Source: Octopus bimaculoides
Lineage: Eukaryota
DNA: 44,262 nt
Reading direction: 5' to 3'
Assembly (NCBI RefSeq): GCF_001194135.2
Contig: NC_068982.1
Coordinates: forward strand, 107,613,713 to 107,657,974
A model generated the notes under the pieces. It did not search any database, had not been told where the DNA came from, and saw only the letters and a list, made by a program, of their open reading frames with translations. Position numbers and translations under genes: made by a program. Position 1 is the first letter of the stretch; the number at the start of each line of letters is the position of its first letter. Below are positions 22,571 to 36,930 of the stretch, one piece after another.

Positions 22571-25500
22571 GTAAGTATGCCTTAGATATGCTGAACTTAT
22601 ATCACTAATTCTGGAATAATATCTATATTTCTCCTAATTTTGTGGATATCTGTAGCTATGGACTTGCTCTCTCTTCATATATCTAATGAAGGTCTGAATA
22701 AGTTTGATATCAGCATTACTTTTGAATTAACAGATACAATTTCAGAATGAATAAGATACCAACTAAATAAAATTATCAATAGTTCAGTGGAGAAGTTGAT
22801 TGGATTTAAGGGCAACACACTTATATCATTTTCTTCAAAACATTAAAAATGATTTTTTCTTATGAATTTAAAATGATTTTTAAGTATTATTTCATGAATT
22901 ATTGACACAGATAGAGATGATAAAGATGACAGCAGTGATTTTGGTGGTGGTGCTGGTGGTGGGAGCAGTAACAGCATTGTGCTTGTTTAATTTTTTGCGT
23001 TGTAATAAATGTGTGCGACTGAAATTACAATTGTCCTCATTTTTGTATTTCACCTGATAAAGTGATGAAATAGGTAAATTATTTGAGACAGCATCAATTC
23101 AAAGTATCAATTTTGAAAAAAATAAAAAACATAAAGATTTCAAAAGGCAAGGATAAAACTATGATAATATTTATGTAAACTTTCTTAATCAATGTTTATT
23201 TGTTCCTTAACACAAACATTACAACCATAAATTGATATTTATCAAGATATACTTTAACCTTTTTAGCTTCCAAATACTAATACTTTATCTGAATTGAAAT
23301 TAGATTCTTAGTGGTACTTTGTTCTTCCCAAGCTGGAAATGCTGACTGCCTCACTTATTTTCTTCAATAATAATCATTTAAATATTATGGATTTTCAGTA
23401 GAATATTACATATTTACATAATAGACAAGTTTCCTATCTGGTAAGTTTAATAACAGCATTAAGCTAAATTTAATGCTGGACTTTGAAAGTATCATAAAGG
23501 TCTGTCAGTGTCCAAATCCTTATAATTCAGTTTCAGATGTTTCTATCTCAGAAAAAGCTAAAAAAAAAAAAAAATTATAAAAAGTGATATAGTTTTACAT
23601 CAATCGGAATGCTGAATTGAAACTACAAAACTTAGAGAAAATATTTCCAAATGCAAACTTACTTATTAAGGAAATATGATGTTGCTAACCCAGGCTTATT
23701 TCTCTTTGTTGTTGTATTTCTGTGGCCTTCATGCATGATTCTTCTTTCTTCTCAGTTCTCTTTATGTCCAATTTTTTTTCCTTTTCACATAACTATTTTG
23801 AAAATTTCCACCTCTTTGCTTACATCTACTGGCTGCCATACTGAATATATTTCTTTCACATGTAAATATTCATATCATATTTATCTTTATTTTCCTTTCT
23901 TGCTCTACTTTTGTCATAAGTACTTTTTCAGTTAAATTTTACATTCCCATTAATTTATTTTCCACTTTTTGTCAATAAATTATTTTCTTGGTAATCCATA
24001 CAAAATGAAAGCAAATCTGCTTCTTATGATTTCTCAAGATTGTCCTTAATCCTTTTTTTTTTTTTTTCATCCCACTGCCATACATATGGTATCAGTTTGT
24101 ATCATCCATTTGTTTTCACAGTTTGCCTGTGTCTGCCTTTACATCTTCTCACTAATTGATGTTTGCTGATGCTTCTCAAAACTGCATTCTTGCAGGTTGC
24201 TGCTATTGTTATGGTGTTTAGGCAGGACATCCTGGATGAAAACTCACACAAACCTGAGGTGCCACTGCTAAAAGATTCTTGCCTCAAATTTTATTGTTTG
24301 CCAGCTTTTCCATTTTACTTTCTTTGAATGAGTTACTTGTAGAGACTGCATGCTTCTGCTTAAAGTCAAGAACCATATTTTCCTGGTTTCTTTTTTCTGC
24401 CAGTGTCTCTTTTACTGCCAAGTTTCAAGTGATCTGATGTTCATTGCTAAATAGATAGTTTGCTTTTATATTGAAATCAGAAAAGGTTTAGCAAAATATT
24501 TTGTTTTTCAGCTGGTTGTTTTCAACATTTTCTAGACATTTCTATGAATTATACTAGAAATTTTGTTGTTTTCCTTCTTTTAAACTTTTTTATGTATTTC
24601 AATAGATTATATTTTTCAGTTTGTCAATTTTATTTCTTTACAACTACATTATCCTTAATGTCTTGTATTAGATATTCTTTAGCAGATCTGATAACACAGC
24701 CATTCTGATATTTCTACAGAGATTCACAGGAATTTTTTTGTGGCATCAGATCAAGTATTTATAGAAGTTTATCAGTCATCTAACATTTTTATCTTTTTGC
24801 TTTTTTTAAATCCAGTTTTGGATTTATCTGGATTTAATTTTTTAAAGATCATTTACAAATTACAAATTTGAAGGATTTGTTTCTATACTGATATGAAACA
24901 TCATCTTTTATGTTTGCTAAGACTTCTGGAAGATTTATTGGATATATATATATGGGAGAATAATTTTACCTATTATATTTGGATAAGTCTTTTTTGCAAG
25001 ATTTGATGCAGTGATGTAGAGAAGATTAATACTCCTCCTGTTTATGTCCAGTAAGTTTTATAGAAGCCTTAAAATAGGAATGCTGTTAGAATATAGTTTT
25101 AAGCACGATTCATTTGGATAACTTTTCTTTTAACTCATTTTAACAAAATTTAGTTTGTAAATAATTGTTGCTTACAGGAATGAGCATAGAGTTGGCTAGT
25201 TGCTTGCTGTCTTGAAAGTTTTAGAAAAATATGCTATGCTTTTAATATTAGTCTATTATGAATTAAGCTGCTACATTAAATCTTAATATTTTGGAGTTGT
25301 ACTTGTCTAGCAAGTGAGTCTGTGTTGAAACTGCAGTAAGTACATCATAGAAGAGTCATTTTAACCATTTGTTATCACACAAAAAACTGTTAAATTCACT
25401 TTTGATTTACATTTATGAAATGTCAAAATTTTTGTCAAACAACTGTGAAATTTAAAATAATAGTTTTTGTATGTTTTTAAATGGTCAGAATGACTCTTCC

Positions 25501-27899
25501 ATAATGTAATTTTAAAATACTAAGAGTTCTCTTTGAAAGAAAAGTCTTATCAGATGAGATCAAACTTTTAGTTAGAACAAATACCATTGTTAGTTGTTAA
25601 TTAAATTTCCAAAACATTATTTGAAGAATTCAAGATTTAATTTAGATTTAATCAGTTTTATTTCTCATGTAACATAATGTAAGAGTGACAACAGTTTATG
25701 ATTGTTTCTTTTCTTTTCATTTTACTGTAAGCTAGAAAATCTCTCTAACATGTATTGGTAATAAAACTTTTAAGAGTTTGGCCTACTGAAGTGTTAAACT
25801 AAAGACTACAAATGAAAGTCTTCAGCTCAGTAATCAAAATATTACCAAAATATATTACTGAACCTTAATATTTTCTGTTCAGTTGTTACAAAGCTTATAA
25901 AAGACTACAGTTACTCCCTATTATAAATATTTTAAGAGTAGGATCCATTCAAATGTAACATAAGAATCTTTAAAGAATGGTTTTGTTATATTAGTTGCTT
26001 GAAACTAAGAGACCTGGATGCTGTGTCATGTGAGAAAGTGGCTGAGAACTTTGAACATCATTAGTTGGTATGATTAAAACAGAACATTTTAGTAGTTGGT
26101 AGTCAAAAGAGATGGTACCTTGAAAAGGCAGAGACTTAGGATTGGATAAGTGTTGATAAAATAGCATGAAGGTAAAAAAGTAGTTAACATTCAGGAGAGT
26201 ACAGCCTTTACACTGATTCCCATGTGGACCCTGGCTGATATTAGAAGTTTCAGTTAGGTATCAGTTTACAGTAGAAAATATTTAAGGATGGTCAGAGAGA
26301 GAGAGAGAATAAACAGTGTATCTGTGTAATGTTTGAGGCATGATGGTGAGGTAATCTTTGCTGATCAGTCAGGTGACCTATACAGAACTGATCTTGGTAT
26401 GATTTGTCAGAGTTATTTAGAGGAACATTTATTCAAAATATATCATTTGGTATTTTGTGAAGGGATAAATGTATTTTACATATATTTGACTAATTTAGAA
26501 TGAAGAGAAAGTCTTTGATTAGATTCTATAGTTGAGTATGTCTTTAGTTCATATGCTCATTTCTTTAATTTATTAGTCCTAGAAAGGAGGACTACAAGAA
26601 AGTTTCATTTCACAAATTTTGTACAATGCTTTATATTCCTTGTTTAACTAGTGTTGGTTTACATGATCTTCAATTAGTATGTTCAGTTATACAACAGTCC
26701 TGAGGGTAATGTATTAAGTGCTAAAGATATTGATGTAGAGTTGCTAATTTGTATGTCTAGCCAAGTACTAAGAATGCAGTTTATTATTCTCACAGGATGA
26801 ATTTTTTTTTTGTTTTTTTTTTTGTTTTTTCTTCTATACAGGCACACACACACAGGGGTAGGGGCATCAGTCTGGGTTTTTTGTTGGGTTTTTTTTTTTT
26901 TTCATTTCAAAAGTGCCCCTTTATTCAAAATTTAAATATATACTTCGAATATATATTCTATTAGCTTTTGTTTCTCAGCTATTGGTTCCATTACTGCTCA
27001 ATCAAAAAATATGCAAGTTGTCCAACTTGATTCACCAATGTGCAAAAACTAAAATTAATGAATGTTTTTAAGTTAGTTAATAATTGATTAAACAACATAT
27101 GACTTTTACATTTGAAATTAATTCTAAAAACAATATGGTTTTCATTAAAAGTGAATAAAGATATTTAGATTATTTATTACAAAATGATGCAACTCTTTCA
27201 CAGGGATGACAACTACAATGGACCCTTCTTCCCTGGATAATACTCTTACTGTCACCTTTTATTAATCATGTTTGGTTATGTGTCTACTTTACAAATTATT
27301 ATGATTACATGAGAGTGATGGGACTAAATAAGAATTCAGCTTTCAAAATTTTCATGAACTACAAAGAAGCCAATCTCTGAAATTCATGTAATAAATAGCC
27401 TGCTTGATTAGATTTATTATTTTCATAATCAAATAGGTGCTGCCTCACCAAAGAAAAATAATGACAAAAATGTTTGAATATATATTTATAATACATATGT
27501 ATCATCCTGGTAATAACAGAAACATTGTAACTTGTCTGACATTGACTAATACCTCAGAATGTATTTAATCCATTTAAACTAAACAATGTATCTGACTAGT
27601 AGAAAACAAGATGTCATAATTCTTAACATTGGGAAAAGAATCCTTGTTGACAATGAAAAAGTGATGAATATTTTCAAGTACAGGAAAAATTTTAAGTGCA
27701 GGAGAATGGTATTTTGATTTACTAAATTATATTGGTTTCTGTATTATTCAGTATGGATTTTGTCATAGATAAAGAAGGCTCTAATATTTACATTTGTATT
27801 TTGTGATAAGGATCAACATTTTTTTTATTGCTACATGAGAGCTGTGACTCTCATATTAAATAGCTCACAGTATATTTCTTTAAATTTCTAATTTATATA

Positions 27900-28430
27900 G
27901 GTGCACATGGCTGTGTAGTTAAAGAGAGTGCTTCCTAACTACATGGTTTTGAGTTCAGTCTTCTAATGTGGCATCATGAGCTAGTGTCTTCTACTATAGC
28001 TCCATACTGACCAAAGTCTTGTGAGTGGGTTTTGTAAATGGAAACTGAAAGAAACCTAGTGTATATGTGTGTATGTGTGTGAATTCATATTTTCTCATCT
28101 GAACACATTTGTTCATTGATTGTAAACAATGGCTTTGCTAGCAGTGTCATTTGCTTGCAGTCCACTATGAAAGCACATCTGAGTTTCTTGACATGCCTTG
28201 TCATGTTAAATGACCTTCGTGAACAAAAGGCTTGTCCATCTGGTGTCAGTTGTTTCTAGTTTTCCGGTTAGACATATTCATGCTATTCATTGTTTGATAG
28301 ACTGGGAGATTAATACCTCACTTGGAAACAAATGGGGTTGATAACAGGAAGGACATCAAGCCATAGAAAACTCTGCCCAAACATACTCTTGTCTGACCCA
28401 TGCAAGCATGGAAAAGAAGACATTTGAATG
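27900..28430 (+). mobile_element. Old SINE: family-A-like head, (TG)n middle, RTE-type tail
   Basis: ggctgtgtagttaaag..gtgtcttctactatagc..gaaactgaaagaaacc head; acccatgcaagcatggaaaagaagacatttgaatg tail. Confidence 0.7.
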
Positions 28431-29089
28431 AAATGTATATACAGAAAAGTGCTATAATGTTTATGATGAGCAAGATAAAAACCAGTATACATAAAACTGA
28501 AAACTTATTTTAATGTGTGTGTGTGTGAATTGCCAACATAATTTTTTTAAATGCTGTGAGGATTGATGTCTTTAAACTGAGCTGTTACCCTTCTGAAAGT
28601 CTGCATGTCATTGCTTAAACGATGATGATGATATATATAGAAAACCATGCTAATTTCTTTCTTTTTTTATTCTTTAAGCTTTAAAGTTAATAAAGTGTTA
28701 TTTTAAAGGCAAAAATATTCAATGTTTTTCAAATTTGTATTTTTATTTATCTTTGGAAAAAGAAAACATACTATATAATCTTGAAGTGAAGCAAAAGTTT
28801 TACTTTACAGGCCTAATGATGATATGATCTGTGTACTGTTTTCATCTTATTAACTTATTAATATTCTCTTTGTAAATTGATTAATTTGATATTCTGACTG
28901 TTTCTTTATAAGTATATATTCATATGAATTTTCTAGTCTATTAATTTCGCATTTTGCTTTTTTAAATGTAGCTGTAAAATTACTAGTTCCAAGAATCCTT
29001 TCCAAATGTAGATTTCACCTAACCACAATTTTCTCTACAATGTTGGATCATCTAAACTTTACCTAATCAATGCAAAACATATCACATCA

Positions 29090-30200
29090 CCCTGTTACCC
29101 AACAATCTCTGTCCTACAAACCTCTACTTTTTCAAATCAGCTAACTGGCCAGAGCTTCACAAGTTCTATACTGGCCATTCTTGGGACTAAATGTGCTTGT
29201 CTTACTTTGACTTTGAACTAAGTGCATGATTGAAACTGTTCTTTTAAATCTGTCTCTCCATATGACCTCTTTCCCTCAATGAAATGCCACAACTCCAGAC
29301 CCCCAAATTGCCTGCTCACAATTGTGCTGCAGCAGTACAGACAAAAGATTCTACCTACATCCCTTTGGGGAACTCACTTATCAACAAAACTAAAAGACTT
29401 TTATTCATCACTGAAATTCCTGCAAGGTAACTATCAGGAAATCAAAGGATGATTTTGTGTAGCACACAGCCTTCAAGCTCTATCACTTTTCAAAATGCAT
29501 GGAGGACATTGCATCTTATAAACAATGGTAGCGTTACAATCAATGCTCCTTCATCATTATCAAGACACAATTGCTATTAATGTCAAGAGAACACTTTTTC
29601 AGCCACACAGTACATGAACAACCATAGCAATCAAAATCATTAAAACTCACAATCTGATCTCTCTACAGTGTGACTTCACATATATATAACATTTCAAAAT
29701 ATCTTCCCAAAGACTAGGCTTCAGAAACAGAAAATAATGTGATCAATTGCTGACCCGCTGCAAAGCTCAAGTAAAAACCACATTGGAGGACTGCTCAATA
29801 TCTGGTATAGTACTGTAGCTGCAATCCAACATTCTAGACTACATCCATTGGAATGTCATTCAACTAACCGGCAAAATTTCATTCACCAACACACATCAAA
29901 AACTGACCACAAGTCTACTGTTTCTAATCTCTGCTCCTCTGAACTATCAAGTTGCATACAACCCCTATTAAGTTCTGAAACATGATTCTCTTTGTAATAT
30001 CCAAATCCTGCATTAAACACTGTGAAGTCATTCCTCCCCAAAGCTACAATCTTCTCAAATGTTTTCACACATTTTCCATCCAGACATCAACTTATAAAAA
30101 TCAAACAGAACATCAGTCACATGAGTCTGGATTCTACAGACATTGTAAGCAGTGTTTCTCCCTCTTTTGTTTTATAACAGAAAGGCATCACTAAGTAGTT
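29090..30200 (+). mobile_element. Decayed, internally deleted CR1-clade LINE
   Basis: FKSANWPELHKFY (post-endonuclease linker) near 29130, and LTRCKAQVKTTLEDCS.IW (YKAQVRPxLEYCSHIW-like) at about 29750-29810, followed by NILD.I....I.L. Confidence 0.6.
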
Positions 30201-32194
30201 TATTGCGTTTTGTCCAACCTCAGTTGTAGTTTCAAATTCTACAAGAATCAGTTCTGCCTTTCAACTCACCACAGTTAGTGAAATATACAAGTAATATTTG
30301 GGGATCAATCCAACTAAGTATACTGCCACTTTTGGATTTTATACTTTGCTGAAATAATATTTTTGTTGTTAAATGTTTGATTAGTATATTTTTTTGTTTT
30401 CTTGTTTATTTATTTTACCAATATTATGATAAAATTGCTTAATTCATTTTGTTATGATAATTATGTGTTTGTTTGGTCAGTAAAATATTTTAACATGAAT
30501 TTTAAATACATCATTTATCAATGGCATTCTTTAATATTTTCTGATAATATCTTAAGATTCCTTCGCTACAATTTTCTTATCATTTTATTTACTGTTTTGC
30601 TTGATGAAATTCATACTGCAAATGTTTTAAAATATATCTAAAATAGTATTCTTATGCATATCACGTTTCATTTTAATTTTTCCAGATATGGATTTTATTT
30701 CTAAATGTTTGAGAAATGTTGATGTCAATAACCTATTGTTTGTGTACAACATTTCAACTAGTTTATTTTTCAGTTATCCTCATGTATATGTCTCCTTATT
30801 TCACTTACTAAGGAATGCTTTAATGTGTACAGGAAATCCTTAAATATCTTTATGGATTAAAATGTTATACCCATATAATCAAGCTTGCAGTACTGTATCT
30901 AGCAGAAGTTTGATGGAAACACCCATGATGATTATCCAGTTGTAATTATACAATGATACAAATGAATAAGAAGAGAAATAGGTTTAAAACTGATTTGCAA
31001 TTTGATCAGGCATGACTTTGTACTGGATAAAAATCTCAACTGCTGACTCTGTACACTGTATTCAGTCATTGATTTCTTTCTTTGCCAAGTAGCATTTTTG
31101 TTTTCAGAAAATATATGAGGCCAAGTAGAAAACTTTAAACATATTTTAGTAAGCATTATTTTAGTGCTACTATTTTGTACGTAGGTCCTAAATTTGAAGA
31201 GGCACTGTTTCTTTAACATATTAATGTTTAATGTCCTCAAAACAAGACAATCAGAATGTTATATATTACAAAGAATTTAATTAAATATTTAAGTAAACTT
31301 TATGTATTGATGGGGTTGAGAGTTGGACCATGAGTTCAAGCCCAGACATTAATATTCTTTCTATCAAGCAAGATATGTTAATATACATTATTCAGGAAAC
31401 TTTGATTAAAATATGAGCTACATTATACAGCATCACAAACAATGAAAATATCAGCTTAATACCAGCGTCTTGGCTGAAGAAATGAGTTTGTATTCCATTA
31501 TTACACTGTTGTACATAGAGCAAGACAATGAAATTTCTGGCCACATTTACCTGACAGAACAAATTTAAGGATGAAGACCTACTTCACAGCAGAACACTGA
31601 ACTAAGAAAGAACTGATGAGCAATTTAGTAGTTGCTGGCTTTGAGATTAAATCTCATATAACGGGGATGGAATTAATTTGAGGCATGAGAACAGAAAAGT
31701 CACAAGATCTTGATTATCTGTAAATCACCTTATTGAAATTATTCAGCAATTGTTTCAATGCATAAAACTATTCAATACATATTAAGTTGCAGAGAAAAAT
31801 ACACATGTTGAAACATACTGAAAATATTTTCCTTAATGACAGAGCATATTTCTGAACACCTAATAATTGAAATATCAAATGTAAAGAGATAATGAAAATA
31901 GATCAATGTATCCAGTTTGGTGTTTTCCTATTTTGTTTGGAAATCCTACTGTTCTTTGATCACTTATTATGAATTATTTTTTAACTGTCATCTCCAAAGA
32001 ATCATTGCATATGGGGTTTGAATAAATCGATTTTACTGCTAATCTACAAATATGTTGACCTTGATTCTCAGCAAAAGAAACCAGTATTAAACAGAAAGGA
32101 ACTACTATGTTGTAAGGTTCACTATAATTCTATAAACAAAATTCTTCAATCATACAAAAACTGATTAAAATGATGTTTGTTCTGCTTTTCATAG

Positions 32195-32326
32195 GTAAAA
32201 GTTGCAAAAGAAACCTTTCATTCAGAAGATGTTATCGATTGTGATGCTGATGATGAAGAAGAGCATAGAGATGGGCAAGTTTCACCAAAAGCTGTCGGAC
32301 ACAACATATTCATTTTAGCACATCAG
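32195..32326 (+). CDS. ITPR: ITPR exon 8: VKVAKETFHSEDVIDCDADDEEEHRDGQVSPKAVGHNIFILAHQ
   Basis: cttttcatag acceptor, CAG|GTTATT donor, 132 nt, phase 0-0. Contains the SP..VGHNI.ILAHQ motif. Confidence 0.94.
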
Positions 32327-32758
32327 GTTATTTTATATTTATGTTCTCTCTCTCTCTCTCTCTCTCTATTCTCATCATCATCATGCCACCTTATTTATAA
32401 TTTAATCAGATGAGAGTTGATTGTATACAGCTGCCAAGTTGGCTTGCTTATGCTGTTTGTCCACCTCTTCTGGCAATGTAGTCCCAGTCAGTATGGACAA
32501 TAGGATAAGTTCTCCTTAGTTGCGAAACTTAGTGCTGTGGAGACAGCTTACCATTAAAAACTTACTGTCCCTTTGACATGACATCCTTAACGATGGTTCC
32601 CTTCTGATAACTTAGATTATACAAGGTAGAGGAAAATTTTAGTACCCAGTCAATGATGTGGTGTGGTTGATGAAAAAAAAAAACAGATAAAATTATAATG
32701 ATGCAGTAGAGATTTGGTGTTGTGATATTAAATAATAAGTATACTTTCACTTTTTCAG

Positions 32759-32866
32759 CTTTCCCAACATAACAAAGAACTGGCAAGTCTGCTGAAACCA
32801 ACTGGTAAAGATATCTATGGAGATCAAGCCCTAGATTTTTATGCTAAACATACAGCACAAATTGAG
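32759..32866 (+). CDS. ITPR: ITPR exon 9: [36 protein letters not shown]
   Basis: tttttcag acceptor, GAG|GTTAGT donor, 108 nt, phase 0-0. Confidence 0.95.
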
Positions 32867-32899
32867 GTTAGTAGGCTTGTAAATTATATTATGAATGAA

Positions 32900-33366
32900 G
32901 GCAATTGCATGAAGGGGTGCCGATCACTAATAGTGGAGAGAACATGTGGAAGGGTAGACCCAGGAAGACGTGGGATGAAGTGGTGAGAAAGATTATGACA
33001 AGGGACTGAGACTCCAGATGGTTTGTTGTGCTTGAGAAGACACGTCAAGCAAAGTAAAATTGTGGTTGTCCTCACATACAGGCATGTCCCCTACATCCCT
33101 CTTCAGCTGAGCTTTCCTTATCTTGCAGGATTGTGGGTTCTGGTGCCACATAAAAAGCTCCTGTACCAGTGTCACATAAAATCACCCATGCCAGTGCTAT
33201 GTCAAAACACCTGGTACACTCTGTAAAGTGTTTAGCATTTGGAAGGGCCTCCAGCTGTAAAAATCATGTCAAACAGACATGGAACCTGGGCAGCTCTTCA
33301 GCCAGCTCCCATCAAACCATGCCAACCCATGCCAGCATGGAAAACGGACGTTAAATGATGATGATG
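32900..33366 (+). mobile_element. RTE LINE 3' end (ORF C-terminus, 3' UTR, (GAT)n tail)
   Basis: [11 protein letters not shown](R)[13 protein letters not shown] near 32915-32990, and the tail ccaacccatgccagcatggaaaacggacgttaaatgatgatgatg. Confidence 0.82.
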
Positions 33367-33749
33367 AAGTTGTTTAGCTACATTGGTTTTTCATCAAATA
33401 GACCGCTAATCAAGGAAATCTATCCCATTTGATATTTTCAGGAATAATGTGCCCCAACTACATTATCCAATATATCCATTTTTAAAACAGGATTTGGTTT
33501 GAGGAAGATTTGGTTGCTATTTCTCTTGGGTTAAGTAACCACATACACATTTCTTTACTGATGTTTGTATGTGTACATGCATATGCACATCTTTTTAATC
33601 AGTCAAAAGCTACAAATTAAGCATTAAGCTTTACTCTACAATACTGAATAAAAAATATTCTTTGCAACTTAACCAACTATCTTTCATACACGTGTATTTA
33701 CATAAGCAATTGGGTCTTCTTAATTTTTAAGACACACATACATAGAGAC

Positions 33750-33946
33750 ACACACACACACACACACACACAAATATATATATATATATATAAAAGGCTT
33801 CTTTCAGTTTCTGCATACCAAATCCACTCACAAGGCTCTGGTTGGCCGGCAGCTATAGTAGAAGACATTTACCCAAGGTGCCACACAATAGGACTGAACC
33901 TGGAATTATGTGGTTAGAAAGCAAGCTTCTTATCCCACAGCTACAC
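33750..33946 (-). mobile_element. SINE family A, 5' half, antisense, with (CA)n(TA)n
   Basis: ggcttctttcagtttc..caaatccactcacaaggc..ctatagtagaagac..ggactgaacctggaa..gcaagcttcttatcccacagc is the reverse complement of the head. Confidence 0.88.
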
Positions 33947-34110
33947 TTAATAACAATTTATGTACAGCATTCTTTGATGGAACATAAGATGCAGCAAAAT
34001 TTTTGCTCAATTACAATGATTGGAAACCATTTAAGATTTTAGAAACCTGGTCTCTAATGTTCAAAGTAATTGTAATTATATGTTTTATTTTTGTTTTTAT
34101 TTTATTATAG

Positions 34111-34303
34111 ATTGTACGAAATGACAGAACATTAGAAAGAATAGTTTTTCCGATCCCTGAGATATGTGAATATTTAACAGATGAAACTAAGAACAAAGTC
34201 TATTATACTGCAGAACGAGATGATCAAGGGAGCAAAGTAGCTGATTTCTTTGAGCGACATGAAGATATGTTTGCTGAAATGAAGTGGCAAAAACAACTTC
34301 GTG
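34111..34303 (+). CDS. ITPR: ITPR exon 10: [64 protein letters not shown]
   Basis: ttattatag acceptor, G|GTATAG donor, 193 nt, phase 0-1. Confidence 0.95.
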
Positions 34304-34730
34304 GTATAGTCTTTGTTATTATCTATATATTTCTGTTTTCTTTATTCAACTTACAACTAACTTAGTTAATGTTAAAATACTTAATATCACCAGTTAATAT
34401 GAAATTGTACATTACTTGACAGCTGAGATGATGCCACTTCATGCCAAATTACTTATCGGTAAATAAATGACTTGGATATGAGACCACACTGATACTGAAT
34501 TAAGTGTTGATATGTATTTCATAGAGTATTGAAATGCTTGATACGAACAAAAAATTTATTGAGGAAACTCAATACTGAAAGCAGAATCAAATTTATTATA
34601 AAATTTATTTTGCCTAATGGTTTATTCAACCAACTGGTTTAATAAATTGTAAGGCTAATTATGAAGTATTTACACATTTCTGTTAAATTATATTTTCTAA
34701 CCTGTTTTTGTATACATATATATATTTCAG

Positions 34731-34853
34731 CTAATTCCTTACTTTTCTGGTTTAGTAGTCATATGCTACTATGGGGAAATATTTCATTTAATCTGGCTGT
34801 TCTCATGAATTTGTTAGTTGCCTTTTTCTATCCTTTTGGACAGTCCACAAAAG
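34731..34853 (+). CDS. ITPR: ITPR exon 11 (TM1): (A)NSLLFWFSSHMLLWGNISFNLAVLMNLLVAFFYPFGQSTK
   Basis: atttcag acceptor, AAG|GTATGT donor, 123 nt, phase 1-1. Confidence 0.95.
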
Positions 34854-34976
34854 GTATGTTCACATTAAACATTTTAATTTCTGTTACAACTTAACTTTTA
34901 TTCCATTAACTTAGTAAAGTTATTCCATTAACTTCCTTCTCAAAAATATGCTAAATTTTCAGTCATTGCCAGAGAT

Positions 34977-35140
34977 GCAGGTGTGGCTGTGTGGTTAACA
35001 GGTTCACTTTGCACTCATGCAGTTTCAAGTCCTATTTCACTGCATGGCACTTTGGGCAAGTGTCATCTATCAAAAAACCAGGTTGACTAATGGTTGTGAG
35101 TGTCAGCATGGAAAAAGTGGATATAAAAATAATGGCAATA
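34977..35140 (+). mobile_element. Short diverged SINE (head plus tail remnant)
   Basis: gcaggtgtggctgtgtggtt..cactgcatggcactttgggcaagtgtc. Confidence 0.7.
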
Positions 35141-35475
35141 ATAATAGTTTAAATCAAACTGATTCATCTACATGTAAATATGTATCATATATGTTTAAAT
35201 GTTTTTTAAATAAGTTACATAAAATTAAGAATAAGAGTTGTTTGAAAGAATTGGGTAATACCCTTGTGGCCTAATTAACTCAGATAATACTCTAAAAACA
35301 AAGGTATATGACGTAGAGATGGAAATTTAAAGTGTGAAGCCTATCAAACTGAATTTATTTGGGAGGTAGGAACTTTCTGTTCAACAAACAGAATTTAAAT
35401 ATTGTTGATAAATGGTTGCATTTGTTATCCTTCAAGGAATATTTTTTTATAATTATATAATGTCTTCTATTCCAG

Positions 35476-35648
35476 AACTGGATTCCCGCCTATCAGGATT
35501 AGTGTGGGCAGCCATGTTTGCGTCCTTAGTCATAGTCATAATGGTTCCTCGACCAGCAGGCATTCGGACCCTCATTGTTTCAACAATATTACGACTTATT
35601 TACTCTGTTGGTTTAGCACCAACACTCTGGCTTTTAGGAGCCTTAAAT
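35476..35648 (+). CDS. ITPR: ITPR exon 12: (E)[57 protein letters not shown]
   Basis: ttctattccag acceptor, AAT|GTAATA donor, 173 nt, phase 1-0. Hydrophobic transmembrane segments. Confidence 0.94.
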
Positions 35649-35861
35649 GTAATAATATATTTGCTTCATATTTTTTAATAAATTTCTAAATACCTTTTAT
35701 TCATCTTTCATTAATATAATTAATTAATCAGTTCATCTAATATAGATAATCATACTGGTAAAAGTGCAAAGTAAATAAGACAAAAGCATTTATTATGCAA
35801 TCTTTGGAAATGCTCTTATATAGAACTAAATGCATTGGTTTCAAAACAATGTAATACTGAC

Positions 35862-35912
35862 TGGGCAAGTGTTTTGAGTGGATTTGGTAGACAGAAGCTG
35901 AAAGAAGCCCGT

Positions 35913-35950
<38 letters not shown>

Positions 35951-36150
35951 TATATCTGTGTTTGTCCCCCCACCATCGCTTGACAACCAATGTTGGTGTG
36001 TTTATGTTCCTGTAACTTAGCAGTTTGGAAAAAGAGACCAATAGAATAAGTACTAGGCTTACAAAGAATAAGTCCTGGGGTCGATTTGTTTGACTAAAAC
36101 AGCAGTGCTCCAGCATGGCCACAGTCAAATGACTGAAACAAATAAAAAAA
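35862..36150 (+). mobile_element. SINE family A, 5'-deleted
   Basis: gagtggatttggtagacagaagctgaaagaagcccg, (GT)n, and the tail cctggggtcgatttg..aatgactgaaac. Confidence 0.88.
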
Positions 36151-36765
36151 TATGTTTTAGAAAAAATCAACTTTATTGGTTATTTCACATTTCCAATCTA
36201 TTAAAGGGAGAAATATCTGCAAGTTATTCATCTCCCAGCTGCAAATTTACACTAATCTCTGGTGTCTTAATTCCTCAATCTTGTATTTGAATTAGCATTT
36301 GTTTTTAGACTTATTTTCAGACAACATATCACACACTTCATAAATGCATTATCTCTTGAGAGATGTAATTTATTTTAAGGGTTACGTAAGGGTTAAAAGG
36401 TTGAGAAAGACTGCACTAGACTATACACATAGTGTTTCTATATTCAATACGACCATGATGTCTCGTAGACTATATTCAATACTATCATTATGATATGTAT
36501 ACACACTCATGCCTTGTGAGATTTTGAAACCCAATGCAAATATTTTTTATTAGTTTATTAGACAGCCATTGGTGGATCCAATAATAATTAAAAACTCCCT
36601 TAGTTGTAATGTAGTATAGTGTATCATGCAACATGCATTACACTACACTACAGCTATAACCAATACAACCATATCATATAACTATATTTATTGTTTTACA
36701 GCATATCTTACTACTATATCTACCACTACTATTCCACAGTATACCTTTATTTTTCTCTTTCACAG

Positions 36766-36930
36766 GTGCTGAACAAAGGTATATTCATTATCAGTCTAAT
36801 GGGAAACCGGGGCAGTTTTACTCGCTCCTTTAAACACCTGCTGATGGACTTTGAACTTGTTTACCATATTATCTATTTGTTGCTCTGTGTGTTGGGCCTC
36901 TGTGTTCATGAATTTTTTTACAGTCTTCTT
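36766..36930 (+). CDS. ITPR: ITPR exon 13: VLNKGIFIISLMGNRGSFTRSFKHLLMDFELVYHIIYLLLCVLGLCVHEFFYSLL
   Basis: ctttcacag acceptor, GTAAGT donor, 165 nt, phase 0-0. Confidence 0.96.

Noticed and set aside
22925-22980. (GGT)n/(GAT)n stretch that could encode Gly/Asp repeats
   Set aside because: Simple trinucleotide repeat in an intron, with no splice signals or homology.
24100-25060. Possible antisense LINE endonuclease relic (MNIRSL-like)
   Set aside because: Only a few residues match and no frame can be followed; too weak to call.
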